A program made the translations under genes and the position numbers. Source: Octopus vulgaris (taxonomy: Eukaryota). Taken from it: a stretch of 64,000 nt of DNA. Each line of letters starts with the position of its first letter. Positions within the stretch are counted from its first letter, which is position 1. Location of the stretch: positions 116,870,001 to 116,934,000 of the forward strand of contig OX597814.1 of the NCBI GenBank assembly GCA_951406725.2, given 5' to 3'. Of this stretch, positions 13,586-27,169 are shown one piece after another. The notes below the pieces were generated by a model. The model saw nothing but the letters and a program-made list of their open reading frames with translations. It had not been told where the DNA came from and did no database searches.

Positions 13586-14663
13586 TAAACAGTAAAAATA
13601 ATTACAGACATGGACAAGAACATGAAACGCCACAGAGACGACACAAGAACCACAGGACGGGACATTCGAAGCCCTCAGTCATCAGTCAAGAACCAGATCA
13701 TCTTAGCAATTTCGGCTGATTAATCTTGAGATTGCTCCGATATGGCCAGCCCGCCACGGGAAATCTAAGCCAAGTGCATTAGATCCCCTGGAAGAAAGCT
13801 TCGAATGTATACAACACGAGGACGGAAAACGAACGAAGTACACGAACAAAAATACAGAATACGTGACAACAATAAGAATACAAAAATGTAAAAACAATAA
13901 CGGTAAAAATAAAGTATAAAAAATAAACAACAAAACAAAACCAGGACGTAGGACAAGGGTCTTTCGACAGGACGAATTGACCATGGGGCTAGCTTATGAA
14001 GTTGTGCCTAATGGCCACAGGGAGACGAACAAGTACGTGTTGCTTCAACGGCTGCTGGAACGAAAAGAGCGTTCAACAGCGGCTAGCGGTCACGTGAGAA
14101 CAAAAGACAAGAGAAAGGGACAGATGAAAAGAGAGAGAAGGTGGACGAGGGAGGAGAAGAAAGAGACAGATCGAGGGGGCTGGAGGTGAGAGAGATAGAG
14201 AAACGTAGAAGGGGGGGGGAACGGATGGAGAGGGAAAGAAAGGAGGGGGAATAAGGGAGGAGAGAGAGAGAGAAAGAAAGATTAAGAGTCGTATCAATGC
14301 TTGAGAAAAAAATATACTTATCGTATAAGGACAATTGTGGATACGTAGCCGCCGATTATATAGGTAAACAGTAAAAATAATTACAGACATGGACAAGAAC
14401 ATGAAACGCCACAGAGACGACACAAGAACCACAGGACGGGACATTCGAAGCCCTCAGTCATTAGTCAAGAACCAGATCATCTTAGCAATTTCGGCTGATT
14501 AATCTTGAGATTGCTCCGATATGGCCAGCCCGCCACGGGAAATCTAAGCCAAGTGCATTAGATCCCCTGGAAGAAAGCTTCGAATGTATACAACACGAGG
14601 ACGGAAAACGAACGAAGTACACGAACAAAAATACAGAATACGTGACAACAATAAGAATACAAA
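13581..14663 (-). mobile_element. Non-coding partial-tandem (pseudo-LTR) element, Penelope- or retrozyme-like
   Basis: About 300-bp near-identical direct repeats (13581-13884 and 14360-14663) flank about 475 bp of unique sequence; abuts (TA)n. Confidence 0.75.
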
Positions 14664-14677
14664 CACACTTACTTAAT

Positions 14678-15061
14678 GTGGAGGCGCAATGGCCCAGTGG
14701 TTATGGCAGCGGACTCGCGGTCATAGGATCGCGGTTTCGATTCCCAGACCGGGCGTTGTGAGTGTTTATTGAGCGAAAACACCTAAAGCTCCACGAGGCT
14801 CCGGCATGGGGATGGTGGTGATCCCTGCTGTACTTTTTCACCACAACTTTCTCTCACTCTTACTTCCTGTTTCTGTTGTACCTGTATTTCAAAGGGGCGG
14901 CCTTGTCACTCTCTGTGTCACGCTGAATATCTCCGAGAACTACGTTAAGGGTACACGTGTCTGTGGAGTGCTCAGCCACTTAGACGTTAATTTCACGAGC
15001 AGGCTGTTCCGTTGATTCGGATCAACCGGAACCCTCGTCGTCGTAACCGACGGAGTGATTC
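14678..15061 (+). mobile_element. Full-length tRNA-derived SINE (C-type tail) with target-site duplication
   Basis: A box tggcccagtgg, B box ggtttcgattccc; TSD cacacttact(t/a)aat at 14664-14677 and 15062-15075. Confidence 0.9.
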
Positions 15062-15199
15062 CACACTTACTAAATAATATATAATTTTTAAACGTGGAGG
15101 CTTGGCATCATACTTATGAACATAAAAACAAACATCAATATGTATATATGTGTATCTCCTTAAGTTCATTATGCTACAATAATAGCAGCATGAGGTTCT

Positions 15200-15767
15200 T
15201 TCTTTCTCTAGTTCTGATGAAATATTTGCTAGACCTATAATGGAGTACCCTGTATGTTGAAAACCTATATTTTGCATCCGAAATTGAGGTAATGCTTGCA
15301 TTGTACTATTAAATCGAGCCGCCTGAAACGGCCGTAATGCACTAATACCTTGGCATCCTTGTTACTTATGTGAGTTAGGAGCCAACTTCCGTTTCTGAAT
15401 ATCAAAGGTGTATTCATCTCAAATATGATATGCCTCTCAGAGATCCAGAATATGCAATTCATACACTCTATATTGCTTGTATCTTCTAGCTGGCAGGATA
15501 AATTCTCGCCCATAACTATATAGTGCCTGTTTCTATCCACGCTTTTGTTTAAGTTACGAAATTCATCTTTTCCGGGATCACAAGAATCAGCAGTACTCGC
15601 CCGGTAATTCTTGAGGAGATCGAACGCTCTATAAAGCTGCAATTATTTAACGAATTATCTTGTACAGAGGTAATGTTATACCTTCTACCTTTACCAATGC
15701 CCAATAAAATATTCATTTTCACACCAGCATTACTCGCATCACCACCCTATGCAACATTAAGCCCGTC

Positions 15768-15768
<1 letters not shown>
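15200..15768 (-). pseudogene. Degraded APE-endonuclease fragment of an L1/Tx1-like LINE
   Basis: AGV..IL-like, YIVMGE(N) (GDFN-like) and RRLDLI (SRLD-like) motifs appear in order on the minus strand. Confidence 0.4.
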
Positions 15769-15804
<36 letters not shown>

Positions 15805-17819
15805 TGTATGTGTGTATATGTTTTTCTCGAATGTGCTTTTTATTTAATATGTTTCCAGGAATTGACAAAGTTTCACTTATGATTTTAGGAGATAATATTA
15901 CGAACTATTCGTTTCCTCAGTTATCTAAACATTGTCCCAACAGTGTTAAACAGATTATATTGCATACCAAATTTATAGTCCCAATGGCACAAGATCAAAT
16001 TACAAACGGCAATACAAACTTGATTGCATGGATTTTCAGGTTGCCTTATACAGTCTTGCTTTATATTTTTATAGTAATATGTGCTTGTAATATTTTCAAT
16101 CAGATACGCCATGTATGTGGAATTTAAACTGCTAAAACGGCAAAATGTAAACTATTAGCAGTTCTCATTGAATGTACATAGTTAATCATAAAGCTGCCAA
16201 TGGTAGTTTGTGATATCATTACTCACTCTGTATTTAATGATAAGATAATTGTACCAAACCTATCAATATGCTTCTATCCAAGATTTTGGGAAAGAAGCTA
16301 GGTTGTGAATTATCATTTTGATAGATATCTGATATTCCTATATGTTTGAGAACAGTAAACCTAACACAAAATCATAAGATTTGAAAGTCCACAATTGGGA
16401 GATTCTACTCTATATTCTTCAGAAAAAAGGTCGATCGTGTAAAGTATTATTTAGTAGCATTACTGTCAGAACAAACCATATTTATTTCGATAATTTGTCG
16501 GAGTGAGAGGGCATATGTATACATGGGTATATATATATGTATGTATTTACTAGCATGTTCGTATGCATACATCGGTATTGATGTGCACGATTTTATATTC
16601 ATGTTTCTGTAGATGTATGTGTACGCACGATACAATATCCCAAAATCTGTGCAGATATTTGTTAACTTGATTTTAAAAAGTACGTTTCAGGAAAATTCTA
16701 AACTTACGCTTGTGGTATTACTAAACATTTAAACATACCATTATCACAACAAAATTGCCCATATATTCGAATAAAAGAAATTACTTAAAATACAATTTTT
16801 TTTTCTCCGAGATTATGCTAAAGACACTTAAGCATCATATATTTAAAATTTATTTTGACCTACTTAGCAATGTAAGAACGAATATATTCACTTATGTATT
16901 TTAATGTTCTTTATATACAGACATATAAATATAGAGAAACCTGAAAACTACAATGACGAGAATTGAAAATATTTTAATTCAATAAATGGAAGCATATCTG
17001 TGCGGAGATAAAACAAATGTTCAAAATATAGAAATTTGCTTAAAAGAAATACGCCAGTTACTTAAATGGAAATAAACTTATTTATTGTGTTGTTTTCAGT
17101 AATTTATTAAATCATGCGTTATATCTTTGATCTTCTCCACAGGCTATAACGCCGACTTCCTTCTCTCTAGTATGTCTGTAGTATTTACCAAATATTCATT
17201 TTTCTAACAACGTATTAAACCATTTATATATGTGTGCGAGCATAAATATGCGTACGCGCATGTGTCTATGTTCATGTGTATGTATGTATGTATATATATA
17301 TATATATATACATACACACACATATATATATATATGTCTATGTCCATATCTATATCTATCTATCATCTATCAATCTATCCATCTATCTATATATCTATGT
17401 ATCTATATCTATATATATATAATCTATCTTTTAAAATATATATGTATTGACGCACATACATACACACTCATGTTTATATATATGCGTTTGTATACATGTA
17501 TATATATATATATGTGGGTGGGTGTGTGTGTGTGTATTTGTGTATGTATATGCCTATGTAATTATCTGTGTGCTCACGTATGTCTGAATGCGTACTATTT
17601 CAGTGAGTGTGCATGTGCAGGAGTTGCAAAGGAATTCTGCATTATAAAAATACACTAATACCCTCTCTGTAGCTGTTCTATATACACTACATATTTCCAT
17701 ATGTACGTGCATACAAGTACATATACATACACACATACACACACATAAACACACATACACGCATACAGACATATATATCTATGTATATATGTACATATAT
17801 TTGAATATTCTTTTGTTCT

Positions 17820-18607
17820 TTTATTATTTTACTCTTTTACTTGTTTCAGTCATTTGACTGCGGCCATGTTGGAGCAGCACCTATAGTCGAGCAAGTTACG
17901 GGGGCGTAGTTACACTAGCACCGGTTGTAAAGCGATGTTGGGTGAGGGTCAAACATACACACACAAATACATACACACGCATACGTATATGTATATATAT
18001 CTACATATACATATATATATATGAATATATATCTCTTTCTCTTTTTCTCTTTTTACTTGTTTCAGTCATATGACTGTGGCCATGCTGGAGCACCGCCTTT
18101 AGTCGAGCAAATCGACCCCGGGACTTATTCTTTGTAAGCCCAGTACTTATTCTATCGGTCTCTTTTGCCGAACCGCTAAGTGACGGGGACGTAAACACAC
18201 CAGCATCGGTTGTCAAGCAATGCTAGGGGAACAAACACTGACACACAAACAAATACACTTATATATATATATACATATATACGACAGGCTTCTTTCAGTT
18301 TCCGTCTACCAAATCCACTCACAAGGCTTTGGTCGGCCCGAGGCTATAGCAGAAGACACTTGCCCAAGATGCCACGCAGTGGGACTGAACCCAGAACCAT
18401 GTGGTTGGTAGGCAAGTTACTTACCACACAGCCACTCCTACATATATACGACGAGTTTTTTTCAGTTTCCGTCTTCCAAATCCACTCGCAAGACTTTGAT
18501 CGGCCAGAGGCTATAGCATGAGACACTTAGCCAAAGTGCCACGCATTAGAACGGAACCCAGAACCATGTGGTTGGTTAGCAAGCTACTTACCACAGAACC
18601 ACACCTG
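17820..18607 (-). mobile_element. Cluster of SINE family A: tail fragment (17820-17955), full copy (18045-18440), extra head (18447-18607)
   Basis: Reverse complements of 48438-48843. Confidence 0.9.
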
Positions 18608-19009
18608 CACATATATCTAACACTCTCACTCTCTGTCTTTATCTACATACATACATACACACACGCCCACACACACACATATACCCTCACATACATACAC
18701 ATTCAAACACATACATCCACACACTGACATATATCCGTACATATACAACCATACGTACAAATTGATGTTTATTCAGTAATGTGCGCATCATCTTAGAATG
18801 TTTTTCATATCATAGTATCGTAGTAGGAGCAATAATTTAGTATTGTAATAGTTCTCTCGTAATGTGATTACTGTTTCATCTATACTGAAGTGAAATATCC
18901 ATTTATGCTATTACTAAGAAGGAATATATAAATATATACCCATACAGACATACACACAAACATACACACTGACACCCCGCGCCCACACAGATCCATCTAT
19001 ATGCAACAG

Positions 19010-19052
<43 letters not shown>

Positions 19053-19572
19053 ATATGTGTGTCTATATATGTATGTATATAAAGGTATAGGCATATGCAC
19101 ATGTAATATATATAAATATATATATATATATTATTTCTGCTACATTAAACATAAATCCTGCTTACTGTCAATAGATGGACGCAACAAGGAAATTTCTCGC
19201 AGCAGCTTATATAGAAAGTGGAGAGGAAGGTGAAGAACAAAGAGCTAAGAATTTTTTTTTCTTCCTTGAAAATAGATATAGATGTGAATATACAGTTATC
19301 TATTTAGAAAATTGTGGATGTCAATTTAAATTTATAGTAATGGATATCCAGCAACGAATAGACGGAAAACTCATACACAATATCATAGGTGCGTGTGTGT
19401 GTATCTATCTCTCTCTCTCTCTCTGTATATCTATCTATCTATATATCTATCTATCTACCCATCTATCTATTTATCTCTCTCTCTCTATATATATATATAC
19501 ATACATAAATAATATAAATAATATATAAATATATACATATATACATACATATATGTGAATACCTACATATAT

Positions 19573-19915
19573 AGGGGAACAGGACATCAAAAAACCGTTG
19601 AACACAATGAGAAAAGAAAACAAAAAGGAAAAGGTAGAAACGAACTTTCTTTAGAACAACGAAGAAAACGAACAGAGAAACGAGACATACAACATTAAGA
19701 ATATTCCTCTTCTTCAGTTGTCACTGTTTAAACTACCCCGCGTTACGAAGGTAAGGACAAAACGCGACTTCGTTGAAACAGTCCTTCCCGCAAAGCTAAT
19801 TAAATAAAATTTGGTATTTTTGCGGAGGGTGAAACTGGTAACCTGAACAGCACAGTGATAACAAAACAGTAAAAACAAACGTTGAAGGTTGTTAAGCCAA
19901 GATGATAGAAAAATT
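19573..19915 (-). mobile_element. Non-autonomous Penelope-like repeat inserted in TA-rich microsatellite
   Basis: Same layout as the 13581 repeat; minus-strand CTGAAGA near 19710 and a degenerate cttc-GTAACGCG motif. Confidence 0.4.
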
Positions 19916-19922
19916 ATATACA

Positions 19923-20041
<119 letters not shown>

Positions 20042-20215
20042 AAGCATGTATACAAGCGCAAACACACACACACACACATATATATACCTACGTAAACGGT
20101 CGCATAAACATATATGTCTGTTTGTGTGTGTTTGTATGTATATACATACATATATATATATATGTATATATAATGTATATATACGTATATGCATATATAT
20201 ATATATATATATGTA

Positions 20216-21492
20216 CAGGGTGGGGAAGCAAAATTTACAATTAACGCTCAGTTGTTTTTTTCTCAGCAGCCACTAAGTCAATGGTTTTGAAACCTAGCAT
20301 ATATTGATGTCATAACCATACATAACACTATTATCTTTACCTTTTCAGAAACTTTTGCCCATATGAGTAATCAGGAAAGCAAACGACAAAGAGTGTGTGA
20401 TTTGCTGAATGCACTCGTCACACCAAAGGAGATTTAAAGAATAGTTGGAGTGTCCATAAAGACTGTTTATAATGTAAAGAATAGAATGACTATGAGCAAA
20501 GCTATTATGAGGAAGTCTTGAAGTGGAGGAATCAACAAAAAACGTACTAAAGCTTTTATTAAAGCTCTCAAATCCAAAATCCTGAAGGATCCAACCAAAT
20601 CCATGAGAAAAATAGCAGTTGAACTTGAGATAGACAACTTGACTTTTAGAAATGCAGTAAAATATGATTTAAGACTAAAATCTTACACAAGAACACCAAA
20701 ACACTTGTTGACAAAAGATATGAAGGAAAAGAGTTTGGAAAGGTGCAAGAAAATTATTACATGGTTCAAGAAAATGTCCTCCATTGTAACGATCTTTTCA
20801 GATGAAAAGATCTTCACTGTCGATGCTGTTCTGAACCGCAGAAATGACAGATTTATCGCAAAATTGACAGCTGAGGTTAAGGGGACATTCAAAACAAAAC
20901 ATACTGCTCAAGTTATGGTTTTTGGTGGTGTGGATTCCGATGGAAAGAAAATGCCTATAAAATTCTACAAAGCTGATGAAAAGATCGATGTTAAAACTTA
21001 CTACAAGACTCTGAGATACCAGATATTGCCATGGCTTAAAGCAAACTACCCAGATGGTAATTATGTATGGACACAGGATGGTGTCCCAGCACACACAGCT
21101 AGAAACATACAAGATTTTCAGCAAATCCAACTTTAGCAATTTTTTTGAATAATGTTTATGGCCGCCTTGTAGCCCATATCTAAACCCTCTGGATTATGGT
21201 ATATGGGGCGTTTTAGAACATGCTACCAATAGAACATCACACAGCAATGTCGACTCTCTTAAAGATACTATTAAGGAAGAATGGGAGAAGTTGTCTCCCG
21301 AATATTTGAGGAACACTTGTGCAAGTTTCAGGCAGTTATTGAGAAAGAAGGAGGACACAGAATAAAAACATTTTCTATTATGTAAATTTTCATGCGGCAA
21401 ATAAATTCTCATGACTTGCAATAAAATAATTGGTCATACGCTGTCTTTCGATCCCTGCCTCAAAATATTGTTAATTTTGCTTCCCCGCCCTG
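20216..21492 (+). mobile_element. Full-length Tc1/mariner element, DD37D (maT-type), inactivated
   Basis: 26-bp TIRs cagggtggggaagcaaaatttacaat (2 mismatches), TA TSD on both sides, 1277 bp. Confidence 0.95.
20363..21365 (+). pseudogene. DD37D transposase pseudogene
   Basis: FSDEK...WTQDGVPAH...WPPCSPYLNPLDY; 37 residues between D2 and D3 after correcting a frameshift near 21120; several stops. Confidence 0.9.
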
Positions 21493-22136
21493 TATGTATA
21501 TATATGTACGTATATATGTATATATATGTATATATAAATATATATACATATATGTATATATATATCTATTTATACACACACACGCATATATATACACACA
21601 TCCAAAGCTATATGAGAATAAATATATGTGTATATACATATGTATATATTTATGTATGAACATCCTAATTCTCGTCACAAACGGGGTTTCATTAACTGAT
21701 AAAATGACAATTGTATTGCTGTTAGGTCTATAGGCTTACTATTCGCTTCCTATATTCATGCACCAGAACCCACTCAACCGCCACATTTTTCAAGGAACAA
21801 TTTTATAGTAATTATCGAATTTGCTTATATATATATAAAAGTTTTATCTCCAAGAATCACGATAAGAAAATGTATATGCTGCTATTGTGTAAGCTTTCAC
21901 GACTGTCACTCGTTTCCATAAATATGAAGCAAAAAACAATTTACGTTACGTTATATTCATTTATGGTATCAACTCCGGGGTATTTTTGATTAGTGGCAAT
22001 ACGCCGCATTCGAATACTTTGTCCGACATAACTGCCATCAAATATTGGATTAGAGTTTTGTGAAATTATTTTTCTCTCATATTTGACGTATATTTCCGGA
22101 CGTTTTGTGTATGTAGCAATTATTAGTGGCACAGTC

Positions 22137-22148
22137 TAAATATATGCT

Positions 22149-22196
<48 letters not shown>

Positions 22197-22295
22197 TATA
22201 CATATACACATACATATATGTACATATATATGTGTGAGTGTGTGTGAAATATACACATGCACACCATTAAACACGCACACACATATACATATATC

Positions 22296-22344
<49 letters not shown>

Positions 22345-22389
22345 TGATCGGAGAAAGAGCGAAACATTATATATATATATATATATGTG

Positions 22390-22447
<58 letters not shown>

Positions 22448-22529
22448 TTGTGTTTAATGGTGTGCATGTGTATATTTCACACACACTCACACATATATAT
22501 GTACATATGTGTATGTGTATATGTATATG

Positions 22530-22579
<50 letters not shown>

Positions 22580-22591
22580 AGTATATATTTA
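22137..22591. repeat. Foldback inverted repeat built from microsatellite-rich sequence
   Basis: The unique core at 22234-22274 is the reverse complement of 22450-22490. Confidence 0.85.
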
Positions 22592-24097
22592 AGCATATAT
22601 ATAAGCATATATATATATATAAATATATATACACACACAAACGTATATGCATACACTTAAGTAATTTATGAACAAGCTCTTTCGCTTTGTTCCTTATATT
22701 CATAATTGTCCGCGCGTGCGTGTTTGCATATGTGTGTGTGTTTGCGTATACTTGTATTTTTTCTTTGACTACGCATGTATGTTTATTAATCTTATACCTT
22801 CGTCTTTGTTCGTGCTTATATCTTATATATCAGTTACACCGTCTATAATTTATGTAATATCAAATGACAGGAGAAGAAAGAAATATACGTCAAAAGCTCT
22901 TTGATACATTAGCTAGTAATTGGATGTAAAGGGAATATATCTTTGGTCTTCCAAAGCAACTACGAGTAATAATACGTTGATGCTTTACTCCTAATATATA
23001 TGAGTGTACTTTACGTAGAAATGAATGATTACCCTGTGAATGAAAAGTATAATATAAGCACAAAAGCTCAATAGAATATACCGAAGTACTTCAATTGGAA
23101 CAAAATGTATAGAGTCATTGATTATCAACTTAACAATTCAAATTACACGGTTCCGTCTAGATAAAACTAAAACGAACTGATAGCTACGTAGTTACGTATA
23201 TATTGATATTTTTGTCATGTGATGAATTATCCTCTGTTGTCAAGAATGTGACAGTATATTTTGTATATCAAAAGTGACAAAAAAGCAATAAGCAAAATAA
23301 TGTGAGCTTAATGGAACTATCTCAAGCAGTAGCTTGAAATAATTCTAATGGCTTTAATTTTAGGTTAAAGTTTGATATATTGTATGTTATAACCGACGAG
23401 GTTAAATTTTCCTTTTATCCTTGGAGGGTAGATAAAATAATTACCAGTTAATCATCGGGGTCGAGGTAATCGACTAACCCCCTCCCTTGGAATTGCTAGT
23501 CTATATTACATACTATATAGACACACACACGCACACAATCACACCTACACACACACACACACAGAGACTTACACAAACGCACAAACTGAAGCATACATGC
23601 TAGCATGATATCACAAAAGTATATTTTAAACTGCTTTCAATGAGTCAGATATCGAAAATTTAGTAATTGTGACCGTTTCTCAATGAAAATGCAGAAATAA
23701 TTTCCTCAGTTATTTTAGATAATTAAAAAGAGGTCTTTGAAGTGTCAACTCTTGGCATGCTTCGTCCTATTATTTGACGACAGCTTTGAATACATGAAAA
23801 CAAAATTTAAAATCATTTCGTAGATTAACATGTATTAAAAAATAAGAAAAAAATAGCTACATGAACCTTAAAAAGGAACTCTGCGTCTATGTGTATATAT
23901 GCATACGTAGGTATAAGGCATGCTTGGAAATACCGGCTCACAAATGCAAGATTCAAGTACAAAAAGAAAATAAAAAATCGAAGAAACACAAAGAAAATTG
24001 GGTTGCTCGATGGATGTGAGCTCAGAAATTTATAACGTATTCTCATTTAATAAATATCTTAGCAAAACCTTACGGATTTGCTAGAAATATGAAATTT

Positions 24098-24603
24098 TGA
24101 TCTAGGTGTGGCGTTATTTTTCATACTTGATCTAGGTGTGGAGTTAGTTTTTATACTTGATCTAGGTGTGGCGTTAGTTTTCATACTTGATCTAGGTGTG
24201 GCGTTAGTTTTCATACCTGATCTAGGTGTGGCGTTATTTTTCATACTTGATCTAGGTGTGGCGTTAGTTTTCATACATGATCTAGGTGTGGCGTTATTTT
24301 TCATACTTGATCTAGGTGTGGCGTTATTTTTCATACTTGATCTAGGTGTGGCGTTATTTTTCATACTTGATCTAGGTGTGGCGTTATTTTTCATACTTGA
24401 TCTAGGTGTGGCGTTATTTTTTCATACTTGATCTTGATGTGGAGTTATTTTTCCTACATGATCTAGGTGTGGCGTTATTTTATCATATTTGATCTAGGTG
24501 TGGCGTTATTTTTCATACTTGATCTAGGTGTGGCGTTATTTTTCATGCTTGATCTAGGTATGGATTTACTTTTCATGCTTGATCTAGGTGTGGCGTTATT
24601 TTT
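24098..24603. repeat. 30-bp minisatellite, about 17 copies (tgatctaggtgtggcgttatttttcatact)
   Basis: Direct reading. Confidence 0.95.
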
Positions 24604-25054
24604 CGCTTTCAGGCGAATCTGCAACCATAAAACATATAAGAATAATTTCCTCGCGCTATACTTTTCTTTGTTCTTTCATGCTCTTCACGGAGTATTCTGA
24701 GTGTGTCAACTGAACGGAGGGAGAGAGACAGATGTCCATGCAATGAGATATTATACGTCTAATATTTATTTTCGTTCGGTTTCCATGTACGTCTCCAACG
24801 TCATGTTTTCGTTCCCAACTTTCACCCGCCATACATCCTAAATTTTAGTTTAGAATTTATGTGAGCAGCTGTCTTTGAAGACTCACATTGTCGTTGCATG
24901 CTCGAAATGAGTAGATAGACAGCCGACAATTGATGAAGGGTCCTTTCTCTGTCTTTACTTGTCTTGTTCTCCATTTTATTGTCGTTGTTTACGTATTTAC
25001 CACGTTTGTGTCTGCATTTCATGTTATTTGCACCGTTGGTGACTCATATATGTT

Positions 25055-25093
<39 letters not shown>

Positions 25094-25105
25094 GAATATT
25101 TATAG

Positions 25106-25173
<68 letters not shown>

Positions 25174-25235
25174 ATTTTATGTAGGTGCATGACTGCGTGA
25201 CGGCGCGGGCTGCGTAGAATATTTTTAAGATAGAT

Positions 25236-25473
25236 ACTTTATTTCACGTTCCCCCTGTTCCCTCAGCTACTGAAATGAGTTGCAATATCACTGATGCCAA
25301 GCTGTCGCGGCCTTTGCCTTTCCCATGGATAACATCGGTGTTCGTGGAGAGGTTAGACTGGTATGCATGGGTGACTACTAATCTTTCATAAACAGCCTTG
25401 TCAGGATTTTGCCTAGGAGGGGAAATTTGTAAGTGCAACCCCATGGTCATTGATGACCGAAGGGAGTCATCTT
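25236..25473 (+). mobile_element. SINE family D body and tail
   Basis: actttatttcacg core; tail homologous to the reverse complement of 7270-7410. Confidence 0.7.
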
Positions 25474-25486
25474 TCATATATATATA

Positions 25487-25962
25487 TCTTATTATAAAAG
25501 GCAGATTTTATCTGCCTCCCTTTGGGAGTTATAGAAATCTACAATATAGGATTTCTTCAATTACAATTTACCTAGCATTTTTAAGAGTACAATGCATCGC
25601 GTCATGCCAGGTCCAGATTTTATCTGCCTCCCTTTGGGAGTTATACAAATCTACAATATAGGATTCCTTCAATTACAATTTACCTAGCATTTTTAAGAGT
25701 ACAATGCATCGCGTCATGCCAGGTCCAGTTTTTAAAATTTAAACTCCAATTAAGCAAAATTTACAGAAAACTCACATTCTGGTGTGTGTGTCAAATGCTT
25801 TTCTTAGTCTGGTTTACACCACACGCAAACGCACACACACAGTGGGCAACGAATAAAATGAAAGTAATTCACTTACTGTAGTGAGTGATTCTTTCACTCT
25901 GCCTCCCACTTCCTCTTTCCACACATAGACACGCAAATATATAAATAAAATTGTAAGCTAAC

Positions 25963-26050
<88 letters not shown>

Positions 26051-26430
26051 GCGTGAGTGTGTGACAGGAAAGTTTTTTTTAGACGAATATAAGACCTATA
26101 TCCAAGTAGCAGAAAGATAAGACAGTAAGGTGTGATTTGAGGGAGATTTGGCTGCTATTTCTACCATGTCTAGCTGCCATGTAGGGGTCTCCCTCATAGG
26201 CTCATACATACATATATACATAGATTAGACAGTAAGGTGTGATTTGGGGGAAATTTGGCTGCTATTTCTACCAGGTCTAGCTACCATGTAGAGGTCCCCC
26301 TCATTGGCTCATATATATATACATACATAAGACAGTAAGGTGTGATTTGAGGGAGATTTGGCTGCTGTTTCTACCAGGTCTGTTAGGCCTTCTCATGTAA
26401 ACTCAAGCTTTCTCATGCCTTGAACATAAG
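25487..26430 (+). mobile_element. Possible non-autonomous Helitron-like element with internal tandem repeats
   Basis: Starts a|TCttattataaaag like 27170; contains a 112-bp tandem duplication (25503-25728), (GT)n and three copies of an about 100-bp unit (26120-26381); 3' CTAG end not found. Confidence 0.4.
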
Positions 26431-26449
26431 ACCAAAGCAGAGAATGTAT

Positions 26450-26670
26450 TCTTTTATTCTTCTGCTTTTTCCAGCCATTGGTCTGTGGCCATGCTGGGGC
26501 AATGCCTTGAAGAATTGTAGTTTAATGAATCAACTCCAGTTTTATTTTTGTAAGCATTGTACTTATTCTATCTGTTTCCTTTGTCAAACCACTAGGTGAC
26601 AGGGATGTAAACAAACCAACATTCGTTGTCAAGCAGTGGTGGAGGACAATCACAAGCACAGACACGCACA
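26450..26670 (-). mobile_element. SINE family A 3' half (degraded)
   Basis: Tail tgtggccatgctggggc, agtacttattctat. Confidence 0.75.
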
Positions 26671-26746
26671 CACACACACATACATGCATACACATATACA
26701 CACATACATACATACATACATATATATATATGTGTGTATATATATA

Positions 26747-27070
26747 TTGCAGCGTGGAAGGTGTTTGTAAGCCATTTAAGAAACACACAAAAACCGTTAC
26801 ATTCACTTCCACATTTAAATTTAATTTGCCAAAATATTTTCGTCGCTTTGAGACCGCGACCTATTCACTGACAAAAATATCGTGCTAACAGGTCGCGGTC
26901 TCGAAGCGACGAAAATATTTTGACAAATTAAATTTAAATGTTGAAGTGAATCTAACGGTTTTTGTGTGTTTCTTAAATGGCTTATAAACACCTTCAACGC
27001 TGCAACTGTTTTCGTTCCAGCACACGATCTCAGATCAAGTCACTTGCTATGCAAGTACATCTCTGTAACT
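26747..27070 (+). mobile_element. Penelope-like inverted pseudo-LTR with variant hammerhead
   Basis: Inverted arms 26747-26863 and 26889-27005 plus a 65-nt unpaired tail; same family as 53042-53815. Confidence 0.8.
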
Positions 27071-27169
27071 ATATATATATTTATATATATATATATATAT
27101 GTATATTGGTAAAAACAGTAAGATAACAAAAGAAAGAAAGAGACCTCAATATTATGTAAATAGAAGAAA

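Noticed and set aside
17120-17175. Possible host exon after a ttctccacag acceptor (similar site at about 28917)
   Set aside because: No convincing donor, reading frame or recognisable peptide
24098-24603. CRISPR-like 30-bp repeat array
   Set aside because: Repeats are contiguous with no unique spacers, the context is eukaryotic and there are no cas genes
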